A stretch of DNA of 64,000 bases from Mobula hypostoma (taxonomy: Eukaryota): NCBI RefSeq assembly GCF_963921235.1, contig NC_086097.1, positions 27,096,001 to 27,160,000 of the forward strand, given 5' to 3'. The translations under genes and the position numbers were made by a program. The notes under the pieces are model-generated. The model made no database searches. It saw only the letters and a program-made list of their open reading frames with translations, and had not been told where the DNA came from. Of the stretch, positions 36,401 through 50,169 are shown in pieces; positions within the stretch are counted from its first letter, which is position 1; every line of letters begins with the position of its first letter.

Positions 36401-38475
36401 TGCAAAGGAAAGGGGTGGAGCAAGAGCTGGCAGGCGATGGGTGGATCCAGGTGAGGAGGGGTGACAGGCAGATGGGAAAGGGGAGAGTGATCAAAGCTGG
36501 CAGGCGATGGGTGGAGATGACAAAGGGCTGAGTGGTGGGTTTGGTGGTGGAGTTGGATACATTAGGGACATTTAAGAGACTCTTAGGCATATGGATGAAT
36601 GAAAAAAGGAGACAATGTGGGAGGGAAGTGTTTGATTTTAGAGTAGGTTAGAAGATCAACACAACACAGTGGGCTGTACTGTGCGGTAGAGTTCTATATT
36701 CTTTATCCCATCAGATACATCCTACCTTTCCTGCAGTTCAACAAGTTGCTTCTGTCTCCGTTCCAGTTGTGGCGGAGGGTTTTCAATCTGAAACGCTTGC
36801 TCTGTTTCTCCTTCCACTGATGCAGCCTGGCCTAGACTACTTGCAGCATTTCTGCTTTATTTTAAATACCCAACATCTGCAGTTTGGAGGGTTGACTGAG
36901 GTTGCAGAAATTCAGGGGGTTAGCAGCAGAGCAACAGAATGAGGCAGAGAATTTTAAACTTGGAAGAACCAAAGAACACATGTTAGAACACAGAACAGAG
37001 ACCAGTACAGCACACGGACAGGTCCTTCAGCCCACAGTGTTGTACCAAACCAATTAAAAAACGAATCACATGGCTAACTAAACTAATCCATTCTGCCTAC
37101 ACAATGTCCATACTCTTCCATTTCCCTCACATCCATGTGCCTATCTAAACATCTCTTAAAGCCCTCTAATGTACCTGCCTCTACCATCACCCCAGGCAGT
37201 ACATTCCAGGCACCCACCACTCTATGTGTAAACAAACTTTCCCCTCACAATACCTTTGAATTAGCCCCTTTCACCTTAAATGCATGCCCTCTGCTATTAG
37301 ACTTTTCAACACTGGGAAAAAGTTAGAGTCCTCCTACTCTATCCATGCCTCAGATAATCTTATAGATCTCTATCAGATGTTGGGTGAGATTGGTAGGAGA
37401 GTTTTGGATAAATTATGTTCTATGTGCTTCACCCCATCATATACGTCCTTCCCTGCAAGTTGTTTGTGTTTGCTTTGGTTAAGCTGCAGTTAAAGGATGA
37501 TGGAAGCTTGGCCAGGAGACTGTAGAATAGCCTTGGGTGGAAGGAACAAAGGCATCTGTTCAAGTTATATTTTATGTCCTTCAGTGAAGCTGTACTTCAC
37601 AGAAGGCTTCTATTTTAAATAAATTATTTAATAGGTATGCCTTTTCAAATTAAATATGCTCATCAAAGTGCAAACAGATCAATGGCTGGATATTTCGGCT
37701 CAGCGGTGGCGAGCTGACTTCTGTCAGAAAGCCTTGGTTTCAAGTTCCACTTCAAAAACTCAATCAGTGTGTTCTATGGTACAGGAAAAGGCCCTTTGGC
37801 CCAAATTATCTGTGCTAATCACAGTTACTCTAATTTGTCTGCATTTGGCCCATACCTCTCCAGATCTTCCCTATGCACGTATCTGTTTAAATGTTGTTAA
37901 ACATTGTAATTGTACCCATCTCCACCCCTCCCTCTGATAGCTCATTCTACGTCCCTATCACCCTCTTTGTAGAAAACCTGTTCCTATTAAATCGTTCTTC
38001 ACCCACCCTAAAACTATACCTTTCAGTTTTAGACTCTCCTATCCTGAAAAAAAAGACCGTGACTATTCACCTTATCTAGGCACCTTAGGATTTTATAAAT
38101 CTTTACACAATTACCCCTCAATCTCTTACCCTGTGGCGGCACAGTAGCTTCAGAATAGAAGGATGTCCCTTTAGAACAGATAAGAGGAAACATTTCTTTA
38201 GCCAGAGGGTTGTGAATTTGTGGAATTCATTGCCACAGACAGCTGTGGAGGCCAAGTCATTGGGTATTTTTAAAATGAAGATTGACAGGTTCTTGATTAG
38301 TAAGGACATCAAAGTTACGGGGCGAAGGCAGCAGAATGGAGTTGAGAGGGAAAGTAAATCAGCCATGATCGAATGGCAGAGCAGACTCGATGGGCCAAAT
38401 AGCCTAATTCTGCTCTTATGTCACATGGTCTCCCAGCAGAGTCTACTTTACTGAAGTAGATTTCTTTCATATAGG

Positions 38476-39036
38476 TGTAGCATGCTGTAAGGTTTCACTG
38501 CTAATGTAATGGCTTCTTTGTAATGTTCACTGCTGAGGTAATGGTTTCTCTGTAGCAGCAATGTTTGGGTTATTGCTGGAGATAACGGGATGCATGTAGC
38601 CAATACAAGATTTGTGGCTCTGTCTTCTGATTCTGGAAGCAGTTGCTTTCGCAGGCTTTTGCCAGAGTGAGAGAGGGAGATGAAGAGAGAAGACGCGAAT
38701 GGAGCGATTTGGTAGTCCGCTGGATGGGGTGGACTCGGAGCGAGGGAGAGACGGACAGTGACAGTCGAAGGAGGATCAGCGAAGGGGAAACCGTGAGCTC
38801 CAACTTTGTATGCACAGATTTGGGTCCTTTTGCTTTTATATTTTGTTTCTCTACTAACCATATAGTCAGAGTTATAAAGCTCAATTGTTTAATCACATAT
38901 TGTGTACTGTTTGTTATTCCGAGGTACTGATTTGTAACAGGGGACACATCACGCAGCATCCACCCAAACAAGAAGTTTGGCCGGGCAGGGGGTTATCAAC
39001 CCCCATATTAAGCCGCTAGGCGAATTGAGTGTTACA
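38476..39036. mobile_element. Solo LTR (probably Gypsy-type)
   Basis: 561 bp bounded by TGTAGCA...TGTTACA, flanked by the direct repeat TAGG (38472-38475 and 39037-39040). Confidence 0.75.
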
Positions 39037-39479
39037 TAGGGTAATCCACCAACCATGGTGTAGACATAGGTTGAAAAATATCCACTGCTTCAAGCTCCAT
39101 TCATCATTAAAGGACCTTAACTGCTTTAAATTCTGCAAAGAATTGTAAAACTCTCTTGTAAAACTATTCCACCACTTGGGGGCACTCCAAGTCCATTTCT
39201 TAACCAACTGACCTTTTCCAATACATGCATTTTCTGTTAAAACTTGTGTTTTAAAAAACAGTGGTTTTAATTGTTCCTTTAAGCTTTAAAAGTATCTGCA
39301 GAATATTGGTGGATACACTCCTTTTGATTCAGGCGCGTTATGTTCTAATAGACAGCTGCTACTGCACTGCAGATATCTGGGAGGATTGCTGTCATCTCTC
39401 AATTTCATACGGTTATCTAGGGCATTTAAAAATACGCCTGTGAGTAATGTAGCCCATCTCAACCACAGTAGTCAACCAC

Positions 39480-41400
39480 TAGCCTCAACACTTTTGGACC
39501 TGTGGGGAGCACATCAAAAAAATATCTTTACATCACCCATTTAATGGAGGTTCATCATCTGCTGAGGGCTAGCTCTGTGGCATTGTCTAGTGACCTAGGT
39601 CTGTACAAGAAAACCAGATATGACTTGCGGAGGGCTATTTCAAGAGCAAAGAAACAATTACAAGCGAGGTTGGAGGCGACATCGGATGCATATCAACTCT
39701 GGTATGGTTCGCAGGAAGTTACTTCCTATAAGTAAAACCCAATAGCATGAATGGCAGCGATGCTTCACTACCAGACAAGCTCAACACCTTCTATGCCCAC
39801 TTTGAAAGGGAGAATATGACTACAGCTGTGAAGATCCTTGCTGCACCCAGCCACCCTGTCATCTCTGTCTCGGAGGCTGATGTTAGGCTGTCTTTCTGAA
39901 GTGTGAACCCTCACAAGGCTGCAGACCCCGATGGAATAACTGGTCAGGCTCTGAAAACTTGTAGCAACCAACTCTCACTGCTATGGTCGGAAGTTCCTAC
40001 CTGCTTCAAAAAGACAACAATTATACCAGTGCCCATGAAGAGTTGTGTGAGCTGCCTTAATGACGATCACCCAGTAGCACTCACATCTTGCGTGAAGAAA
40101 TGCTTTGAGAGGTTGGTCATGGCTAGGATCAACTCCTGCCTCAGCAAAGACCTGGATCCATTGCAATTTGCCTATCGCCACAATAGGTCAACGGCAGGCG
40201 CAATCTCAATGGCTCTTTATGCAGCCTTCGATCACCTGGACAATACAAACACCATGTCAGGATGCTGTTCATTGACTATAGATCAGCACTTAACACCATC
40301 ATTCCCACAGTCCTGATCAATAAGCTACAGAAACTAGGCCTCTGTACCTCCCTCTGCAACTGGATCCTCGACTTCCTAACCAGGAGACGACAATCTGTGC
40401 AGATGGAAATAATATCTCCTCCTTGCTGGCAATCAACACTGGCACACCTCTGCTCTCTCTAGACCCATAACTGTGTGGCTAGATATAGCTCAAATGCCAT
40501 CTATAAATTCCCTGATGATACAACCATTGTTGGCATTGTTCTCAGATGGAGACGAGAGGGCACGCAGGAGCGAGATATACCAGCTAATTAAGAGGTGTGC
40601 AGCAACAACCTGGCACTCAGTGTCAGAAAGATCAAAGAGCTGATTGTGAACTTCAGGAAGGGCAAGGCGAAGGAACACATACTAATTCTCACAGAGGGAT
40701 CAGAAGTGGAAAAAGTGAGCGATTTCAAGTTCCTGGGTGTCAAAATCTCTGAGGATCTAACATATCAATGCAGCTAAATAGAAGACAAGACAGTGGCTAT
40801 ATTTCATTAGGAATTTGAGCAGATTTGAATTGTCACCTAAAACACTTGAAAACATCTGCAGACGTACCATGGAGAGCTTTCTGACAGACTGCGTCACTGT
40901 CTGGTATTGGGGGGGGAGGGGCACAGGACCGAAAGAAGCTACAGTAAGTTGTACAATTAGTCAGCTCCATGGTGGGTACTAGCCTCTGCAGTATCCAAGA
41001 CACCTTCAAGGAGTGGTGCCTCAGAAAGGCAGCGTCCATTATTAAGGACCCCATCACCCAGGACATGCCCTCTTCTCATTGTTACCATCTGGTAGGAGGT
41101 ACAGAAGCCTGAAGGCACACACTCAGTGATTCAGGAACAGCTTCTTCCCCTCTGCCATCCGATTCCTAAATGGACATTGAACCCATGAACACCACCTTGT
41201 TTTTTTTTTGTTTTTATATTATTTCTGTTTTTGCACTATCCTTAATTTAACTATTTAATATACATACACTGTATATACTTACTGCAATTGATTTATTTAT
41301 TTTATTTCTCTCTATATTATCATGTATAGCATTGTACTGCTGCCACTAAGTTAACAAATTTCACAACATATGCCGGTGATATTAATCCTGATTCTGATGA
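39480..41400 (+). mobile_element. Degraded Rex1/Babar-type LINE (RT and 3' end)
   Basis: [55 protein letters not shown] motifs. 3' tail ending in CTGATTCTGAT. Confidence 0.85.
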
Positions 41401-42409
41401 ATGCAATGAAAAGATCCTAAGTCACTTCACAAAAATTACACTTATGACGTAATGAGGTACCAAAAGCTATTAAGGGGCTTCTTAAAGAGGCTTCACAGCA
41501 AGAGCTGAGAGTGAGATTAGTCCGAATGTCTCTTTCTCAGACGGTTTGTAAGTCCTTTGATACAATTAATTTGTCTAATTCATGAAAAGGAAAATGGCAT
41601 AGAAAGGGAATCCATGTACACGGACTTTTGGCATCCAAGGACATGGCTGGCAACAGAAACTAACCGGAGGATGAACAAGAAGCTGGAACACGATGATCCA
41701 TGGGCTGAACACTGCAGAAGAGACTCAAAAGCAACATTGAGAGACGTAAAACCAGAGAACCTCAAAGTGGGTGTCAACTTCTGGCACCAACATATATATT
41801 ACTTACTATAATTCACAATTTTTCCTGGTATGTATTGCATAACAACAAATTTCATGACAAATGCCGGTGATATTAAACTTGATTCTGATCTACTGCATGG
41901 TTTCCAGGCAAGGATAGAAACAGGCAAGTGCTCATCAGGCACTTTTTAATGAAGATAAAGTACAGACATTTGTCTGAAAAGGTACAGACAGGTCAGAAGG
42001 TACAAAGATCAATTATATTGGCACGGCACAACACAAATGACTCTGGTTAGAGACATTGCAGTAAAGTAACGGAGGAGAAAACATGACTGGAAGCATTCAA
42101 ACAAAAAAGGCATGGCTTGGAGAACTGGGAGGCTGGCGATGAAACACGAAGGGTCAGAGAGTTGGCGGCATGTTTGGAAATGAAGGTGATTGACTAGAGA
42201 GGAGAAAAGTGCCCAGTGAGAAAAGGAATAACTGTATCAGCCAGTGCTTAGGGTAAGACAAGAAGCTGTATTCTCAGCAGTTTAGTGGAATATCAAATTC
42301 AAATGATCAGAATATGTCTCTCAAGGACAAAGCAAGTTTGGAGTTAGCATGGGAGGGAAAGATTAGATTGATCTTGGAGTAGGCTTAGCACACGGAATAT
42401 TGTGTTATC

Positions 42410-42710
42410 GCATGGCCAAGTGGTTAAGGGGTCGGTCTAGTGATCTGAAGGTCGCTAGTTTGAGCCTCAGCTGAAGCACTGTGTTGTGTCCTTGAGCAAG
42501 GCACTTAACCACACATTGCTCTGTGATGACCCCAGTGCCAAGCTGTATCGGCCCTAGTGCCCTTCCCTTGGACAACATCGGTGGTGTGGAGAGGGGAGAC
42601 TTACAGAATAGGCAACTGCCGGTCTTCCATACAACCTTGCCCAGGCCTGCACCCTGGAAACCTTCCAAGGAGCAAATCCATGGTCTCACAAGACTAACGG
42701 ATGCCTATTA
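42410..42710 (+). mobile_element. tRNA-derived SINE
   Basis: A-box TGGCCAAGTGG (42413-42423), B-box-like AGTTTGAGCC (42457-42466), then the common SINE core TGTGTCCTTGAGCAAGGCACTTAAC. Confidence 0.75.
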
Positions 42711-42769
42711 TCTATTCTGGTCACCTCATTTGAGGAAGGATGTGGAAGCTTTAGAGAGGGTGCAGAGGA

Positions 42770-44780
42770 ATCAGAATCAGATTTAGTATCACCTGCATAC
42801 GTCATGAAATTTGTTAACTTTACAACAGCAGTACAATGAAATACAGGATAAATAAATACAGAGAAAAAAGTTACATTAAATATACATATGTCTATTAAAT
42901 AATTAAGTTAAAATAAATAGAGCAAAATAACAAAAATTTTAAAAGTAGTGAGGTAGTGCTCATGGGTTCACTGTCCATTTAGAAATCAGATGGCGAAGGG
43001 GAAGAAGCTGTTCCTGAATCGCTGAGTGTGTGCCTTCTGGCTCCTGCACCTCCTTCCTGAAGATAACAGTGTGAACAGGGCAAGTCCTGGGTGGTGGGGA
43101 TCTTTAATGACGAAAGCCACCTTCCTAAGGCACCACTTCTTGAACATGTCTTGGATACTACAGAAGCTAGACACCAAGATGGAGCTGACTAATTTTTACA
43201 AGTTTCTGCAACTTGGTTCGACCTTCTGCTATAGCTCTCCCCACCTTCCCATACCATTTAGTGATGCGGCAGTCAGAATGTACTCCATGGTACATTTGTA
43301 GAAGTTCTCAAGTGTTTTAGTTGACAAACCAAATTTCCTCAAATTCCTAATGAAATATAGCCACTGTCTCGCCTTCTTTATAGCTGCATCAATATGTTCT
43401 GTCCAGGTTAGATCCTCAGAGATATTGACACCCAGGAATTTGAAATTGCTCACTCTCTGCTTCTGATCCCTCTATGAGGATTGGCTCGTGTTTCCTTGTC
43501 TTACCCTCTCTGAAGACCACAATCAGCTCTTTCATATTACTGACACTGAGTGCAAGGTTGTTGCTGTGAATATTTTGCTCCTGTATGTCCTTTTGTCACC
43601 ATCTGAAATTCTGCAACATTGGTTGTATCATCAGCAAATTTATAGATGCTGCTTGAGCTATGTCTAGCCACAAAGTCACGGGTACAGAGGGAGTAGAGCA
43701 GTGGGCTAAGCACACATCCCTGTGGTGCACAGGTGTTAACTGTCAGCGAGGTGGAGATGTTATTTCCAACCTGCATAGATTGTGGTCTTCTGGTTAGGAA
43801 GTCGAGGATCCATTTGCAGAGGGAGGTACAGAGGCCCAGGTTCTGTAGCCTTTCGAGCACGACTGTAGGAATGATGGTATTAAATGCTGAGCTGCAGCCA
43901 ATAAACAGCGTCCTGACATAAGTATTTGCACTGTGCAGGTGATCCAAGGCTGCGTGGAAAGCCATTGAAATCACATGTGCTGTAGATGTATTATTGCAGT
44001 GGGTCGAGGTCCTTCCTGAGACAGTTGTTGATTCTTGCCATGGCCAACCTCTCAAAGGATTTCGGCACTGTAGATGTGAGTGCTACTAGATGGTAGTCAT
44101 TGAGGCAGCTCACACTGCTCTTCTTGGGCACTGCTACAATGGTTGCTCTTTTGAAGCAGGTGGGAACTTCCAACTGTAGCAGTGAGAGATTTAAATTGTC
44201 TTTGAATACTTCCACCAGTTGGTTGGCACAGGTTTTCAGAGCTTTACCAGGTACTCCATCGGGCCCTACTGCTTTGCAAGGGTTCACCCTCTTGAAAGAC
44301 AGCCTGACATCGGCCTCCAAGACAAGAGATCGGGTGATCCAAGGATCTTCATAGCTGTGGTTTTATTCTCCTTTTCAAAGTGAGCAGAAAAAGGTGTTGG
44401 GCATGTCTGGTAGTGAAGCATCACTGCCATTCACGTTGGGTTTTGCTTTGCAGTAAGTAATGGCTTGCAAACCCTGCCAGAGTTGACTTGCATCCGATGT
44501 CACCTCCAACCTCTCCCTGAATTGTTTCTTGGGTTTTGAAGTAGCCCTCCACAAGTCATACCTGGCTTTCTCATACAGACCTGGATCGCCAGATTTAAAT
44601 GCCACAGATCTAGCCTACGGCAGACTACAAACCTCTTGGTTCATCCACAGCTTTTGGTTTGGGAATGTACAGCAGGTTCTCGTAGGCACACACTCATCTA
44701 CACTGTTTTAATGAAGTCAGTGGCAACTTATCCAGGCTCGAAGATGACTCTCTGAACACAGTCCAGTCCACTGACTAAAA
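42770..44780 (-). mobile_element. Degraded Rex1/Babar-type LINE, inverted relative to 39480-41400
   Basis: KAVGPDGVPG, APQGCVLSPLLYSL, KFADDT, FKFLGVNISEDLTW motifs. (GAATCA)n tail at about 42768-42781. Confidence 0.88.
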
Positions 44781-46504
44781 AGAGATTTACTAGGAAGCTG
44801 CCTAAACATGTCTTATGAAGGTAGGTTAAGTGAGCCAGGTCTTTTCTCTTTGGAGTGAAGGAGGATGAGAGGTGACTTGATAAAGATGTACAGGATGATA
44901 AGAGGCATCAACTAAGTAGAAAACCAGACTTTCCAAAGCAGAAATGGCTTATACAAGGGGGCATAATTTTAAGGTGACTGGAGGAAAGTATAGGGGAGAA
45001 ATGTCAGAAGTTTTTGTTTTTACACAGAGCGGTGAGTACATGGAAAACTCTACCTGGGATGGTGGTAGAGGTAGACACATTAGAGACATTTAAGAGACTC
45101 ATTTATGGAAAAAAAATGGAGGGCTATGGGGAAGGGAAGGGCTAGATTGATGATGGAGCAAGTTAAAGGGTTGGCATAATAACATGAGTCTTAGGACCAG
45201 TACTGTGCTGTAATGTTCTATGTTCTCAAAGGTCAGGACCACATTGTAGGCTGAAGTGCCTATACTGTGCTGTAATGTTTCATATTCGATGAAGGGAGAT
45301 AGGAGGTGCAATTTATGGGAGACAGGTTGGAGAATTTTATCAGGAACCCCATTTCCTGTACTCCTCAGATAGAAGTGAGTGATCCACTTCTACAGAATTT
45401 CTCCACTGTATCCTGCTTTATTTTTATCCCTCAGTGAAAATCACCTCAACAGTTTGATGAAGGGTCTTGGCCCAAAACACTGACTGTTTATTCCTCTCCA
45501 CAGACACTGCCTGACCTGTTGAGTTCCTCGAGCATTTTATGTGTGTTGCTCTGGATTTCCAACATCTGCAGAATCTCTTGCGTTTACCTAAACAGTTTGC
45601 TGTTTTGGGGCCATTAACTGTGAGAACTATGCTGCAAATGCTTGATCTTGGAATAGTCATGAAATTAGTGCCAAAGTTTGACATTTTTAGTGTAAAGTGC
45701 GCTGGAGTGCGCTGCCTGGTATGGTGTTAGAGGCAAACACATTGGAGGCTTTTAAGAGATGTTTGGACAGGCACATGGATGTAAGGAAGATGGAGGGATA
45801 TGGACATGGTGGAGGTAGGAGGGATTAGCGTTTGAGTGTTTCCGATTTGCTTTTTAGCTGGCTTGACAAAATAGTGTGGGCCAAATGGCCTGTTCCTGAG
45901 CTGTATCGCTCTATGTTCCATTTTAAAATTACTGTAGATAGGCAAATTCTTTTTGGATTAATATGGAGCTACCATGCCATTATGTTGCTGATATGTTCAT
46001 ATTTTAATGCTTTCACATTTTTGAGTTACACAGCATGGAAACAGGCCATTTAGTCCAATCCATGCATTCAGACCAAGATGTTTATCAAACTAGTCCCATT
46101 TTCTGGAATTTGGCTCATATCCCTCTAAAGCTTTTCTATTGGTGTAACTGTCAAAATGTCTCCTACATGTTATAATTGTACCCACCTCTACGGCTTCGTC
46201 TGATAGCTCGTCCCATATACTCACCACTCTCTATATGAAAAGTTTCCACTCAGCTTCTTCTTTAAGTCTTTCCCCTCACACCTTAAACCCATGTCAAAAA
46301 CATTAAAGATTCTGTACATGCATGAAATCTTGAGGAACTCAGTAAGTCAGGCAGCATTGATACAGGGAAATAAACTGCAGATGTCCCAAGCAGAGATGTT
46401 AAACCTACGTCCTCTGGTTTAGACTCCCCTACCCTGACAGAAAAAACACTGTGACCACACACCTTACTGTATCAATCCAAACACAGGACAGTCTGCTGAT
46501 TCCA

Positions 46505-47420
46505 GCATCACACACAAAATGCTGGAGTCAGTAAGGCAGGCAGCATCTATAATTAAAGAGTACAGTCGACTTTTCGGGCTGAGACCCTTCAGCAGGACTG
46601 GAGACAATCAGATGAGGAGTCAGAAAAGATGGGGGGAGGGGAGGAAGAAACACAAGGCGATAGGTGAAACCGGGAAGGCAGGGGGGAGAGAGGTGAAGTA
46701 AAGAGCTGAGAAGACGATTGGTGAAAGGGATACAGGGCTGGAGAAGGGGGAATCTGACAGGAGAGGACAGAAAGCCATGGAAGAAAGGAAAGGGGGAGGG
46801 GCACCAGAGGAAGGCAATGGGCAGGCAAAGTGAGAGAGGGAAACGGGAATGGAGAATTGTGAAGGGGGGTGCCATTACCGGAAGTTTGAGAAATAGATGT
46901 TCGTGTCATCAGGTTGGAGGCTACCCAGATGGAATACAAGGTGTTGCTCCTCCAACCTGAGTGTGGCCTCATTGTGACAGTAGAGGAGGCCATGGACTGA
47001 AATGTCAGAATGGGAAAGGGAAGTGGAATTAAAATGGGTGGCCACTGGAAAGATCCCACTTTTTCTGGTGGACAGGGTGTAGGTGCTTGGCAAGGCGGTC
47101 TCCCAATCACACCAGATCTCACTGACGCACTGGATACAGTATATGACTCACAGGTGAAGTGTTGCCTCACCTGGAAGGACTGTTTGGGACCCTGAATGGT
47201 ATTGAGGGAGGAGGTGTAGGGACAGGTGTAGCAGGGGAAAGACATGCATGATAGTGGGATCTCCCGGCAGAAGTTACGGAGAATTAAGTGGTGGATGTGG
47301 AGGCTGGTGGGGCGGTAGATGAGGACAAGAGGGTGGCGGGAGGATGGGGTGAGGGCAGAAGTGCACAAAATGGAAGAGGTGCGGTTGAGGAAAGCGTTGA
47401 TGGTAGAGGAAGGGGAAGAC
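46505..47420 (-). mobile_element. Penelope-like element fragment (GIY-YIG region and terminal repeat)
   Basis: CYTCPYT...IQGPKQSFQVRQHFTCES, PVATHFNS, LEEQHLVFHLGSLQPD. Pyrimidine-rich 3' region and hammerhead-like terminus. Confidence 0.8.
46563..46600 (-). ncRNA. Degenerate minimal hammerhead ribozyme motif in a Penelope terminus
   Basis: Minus strand CAGTC-CTGCTGA-AGGG-TCTCAG-CCC-GAAA-AGTC-GACTG. Helix I CAGTC/GACTG and helix II GGG/CCC; the core differs from CUGANGA at one base. Confidence 0.6.
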
Positions 47421-49174
47421 CCTCATTCTGCAGATCCAAAGCATCACACAGCATCTATGGAGAGGAATAAACAGTCAAAGCTTCATTATCTCCACAACTG
47501 TACAGCTACCTTGTGCTGTACAGCCGCTCCAAAGCAATGAATTTCACGACATTTTGTACGTCAGTGATAATAAACCTGATTCTGATTTGTGCTTTTCGAA
47601 ACCTTTCTAAAGGTCACCCATCAGCCTCTGACTTTCCAGGAATAAAAGATCCAGCCTACCCAGCCTCTCACTGTAACCAAAGCCAAGAGCACACTGCATA
47701 CGGTTTACAGGTTTTATAATTTGTAACAGCCAGGATGACGTGGTGGGTCGACTTGGTTCAATAAAGAACACTACCAAGCAGCTTCAGCTTCTTAGTGATC
47801 CTGAGCACTCCGTCAACCCTACCTCACTGAAGACGAGGATATACTGCTCCTGACAAGGGTTGGGGTGGGGAGGGCCGAAGAAGCGGAAACAATCAAGGGT
47901 TGTCAAAGATCCAGAAGCCTATGTGCCAAATATTTAACAATTAACTGTTGCTCCACTCAAACAACACCTTTAATGCCACCAAAAGGTCTTGGGGCCTTTC
48001 ACAGGACTGAGTCAGACTACATTAGACAATTATAAAACCGCTAACCTTTGCAAATGGCTCTTATAGCTCCTTTGCAAGGTATTCATGTCAAAAGTAATAA
48101 ATACAGCTTTACAGCTGCCCATGCACTTTAGCAGTTACACTAACTGTGGCATTTACAGAGCAAATGCAAGCACACAAAGGCCAGGCTGGTGATAAATTCT
48201 GCCTCAATATAAAGGGCATGCAACATGCATAATCAACAATGAAAAGCTCCTTGTGGTTTCGTTTTTAACTACAGTTCTGTTTCAATCTAAAGAATTGCCT
48301 TGACCAAATTAATGGTACTTGCATTAAGTATAAGCTTTCAGCAATATAATAAAGGTTTTAGGGATAGTGATGTGTGGGGGGGGGGTTAACGGTTAGATTA
48401 GGGTATAGGGACAGGAATGTTGAGGTGGTAGAGGTCAGCTCTGCGTTCAAAGGCCAGCGATGTGGGTAGGTGAAGGGCACCCGTAGTCTATGCCTCCGCT
48501 CGGTGCTCAGAGTCCAGCGACGTGGACAGATGAAAAAGGACATCCGTGGATGCCGAGCTGGCCCAGGTTGGTGGATCCCATGATCGGACTGAGGAAGCAC
48601 AAGGATCAGTCAGTCAGCAGTCCTGGAGTTCGAGGTGATATCAGCCAGTCTGGGAGTCAATACCAAAGATTGAAGCCGAAGTCTGGAAATTGAAGCTCAA
48701 AGGCCAAAGCCTAGAGAGTGGAGACTTGTTCTGGAGTTAGAGGGGCGCCTGTCTGTCTATCTGTGTGTCTCTGTGTATATATGTAACAGGACTTGTTTTG
48801 CTGTTGTTGTTTTGTTGCTTGTTGTGTTGAGTTTTTTGTGTTCTATGTTGTTCTGCTAGGCGTTTTGTGCATGCTATATTGGCACCAGAACGTGTCGTGA
48901 TGCTTGTGGGCTGTTCCCAGCACATCCTAGGTGTGTTGGTTGCTTCAATGTGCGTGTGATAAATAAATCTGAATCTGAATTTGAGATATTGATCTTATCT
49001 TTTTGCTTTCCGAAGACACTAGCCTTACCTCGAGGGAGAGCTGGCAAAGGACAAGATGCTTGAAGTTGCAAAACAGAGATCCAGGGAGAGATTGATACAT
49101 CTTAAGCCACAGGACAGCAACCAGTAATGAGATTTTGGGTTGTATTATCTCCCTTCTTTGTCCAGGGATAGTGA

Positions 49175-49868
49175 TATTATCATCGTCGTTAGGTCACATC
49201 CAGAATTTCCAGTTGGCGGATGATTTCCCTCCACGCCGCTCTGTCCCGACACTTGTTCACAACGTCCCTAGTCTTGTCCAGCTTGGTCCAATCCTTGACA
49301 TTATCCAGCCACATTGTTCTTTGCCTTCCTTTCCTTTCTTTCCCTCCACCTTTCCATATAGCAAGTCCAACAAGATATTATCACTCCGTGTAACGTGTCC
49401 ACAATTAGCAACTTTTAACTTCATAAGCTTCTCCAGCAATATCCGTGGTCTATCAACTTCAGACAAAACCCTCTCATTTGAAACTTCCTCTACCCAGCTG
49501 ATCTTCAACATTTGTCGATAGCACCACATTTCAAAAGCATTCATTCGTTTCATATCATCCTCCTTCAGGGTCAATGTTTCTGATCCATAACTCAGTACTG
49601 ACCATACGAAACACTCGGGGAAATGGATTCTACTTTGGATGTCTACCTTCCGATTGCATAGTAGATCTTTTAGCTTCATGCACTGGGTCTTAGCTATACC
49701 TATTCGCCGTCTGATTTCAGCTTCACATCTCCCGTCATCTGTCAGACAACTGCCAAGATAATCAAACTTTCACACCTGTTCAATGTCTTGTCCATTCACT
49801 TGTAACATTACCATCATGAATGAGTCTTCAGTGTTTGATTTGCTTACCACCATCGATTCTGTTTTCTT
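49175..49868 (-). mobile_element. RTE-clade LINE 3' fragment
   Basis: FDYLGS...EIRRRIGIAK, VWSVLSYGSETLTL, AFEMWCYRQMLKISW, GHVTR and GKVEGK motifs; short (GAT/GAC)n-like tail. Confidence 0.85.
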
Positions 49869-50035
49869 TAGGTTGATAACAAATCATCAAAACATCTCTG
49901 CTGAGATAAGCACCAAGAGAGCACAAAATCCGTGCAAAAGGGCACCAGACAACTGAGTAATCGGATGCCCCTTACTGTGTAATACATGGAACCTCTGGTG
50001 AATTCATTAACGCGATGAAGAAAAGCCAGCTTTAC

Positions 50036-50169
50036 CTGTGCCTTGGTTGTCAGCCCAGCAACGCTCTCGGGTTTGAAGAAGGTGAAGTCAATGAGGGCCT
50101 GGAAAAGGGCAATGGCTTTTTCCGAATGGCCGGTCTGTCGCAAGAAATGACATTGTTGCAGGAAAATAG
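50036..50169 (-). CDS. NRDE2: NRDE2 coding exon (AIFLQQCHFLRQTGHSEKA...TTKAQ)
   Basis: Close match to NRDE2 LFLQQCHFLRQAGHSEKAISLFQAMVDFTFFKP. ttttacAG acceptor, CAG|GTAAAG donor; 134 nt, phase 1 to 0. Confidence 0.96.

Noticed and set aside
42410..42480. tRNA gene
   Set aside because: A and B boxes are present, but there is no complete cloverleaf and it continues into a SINE body.
46589..47368. 259-aa minus-strand ORF as a host gene
   Set aside because: Frameshifted Penelope GIY-YIG remnant running into pyrimidine-rich UTR.
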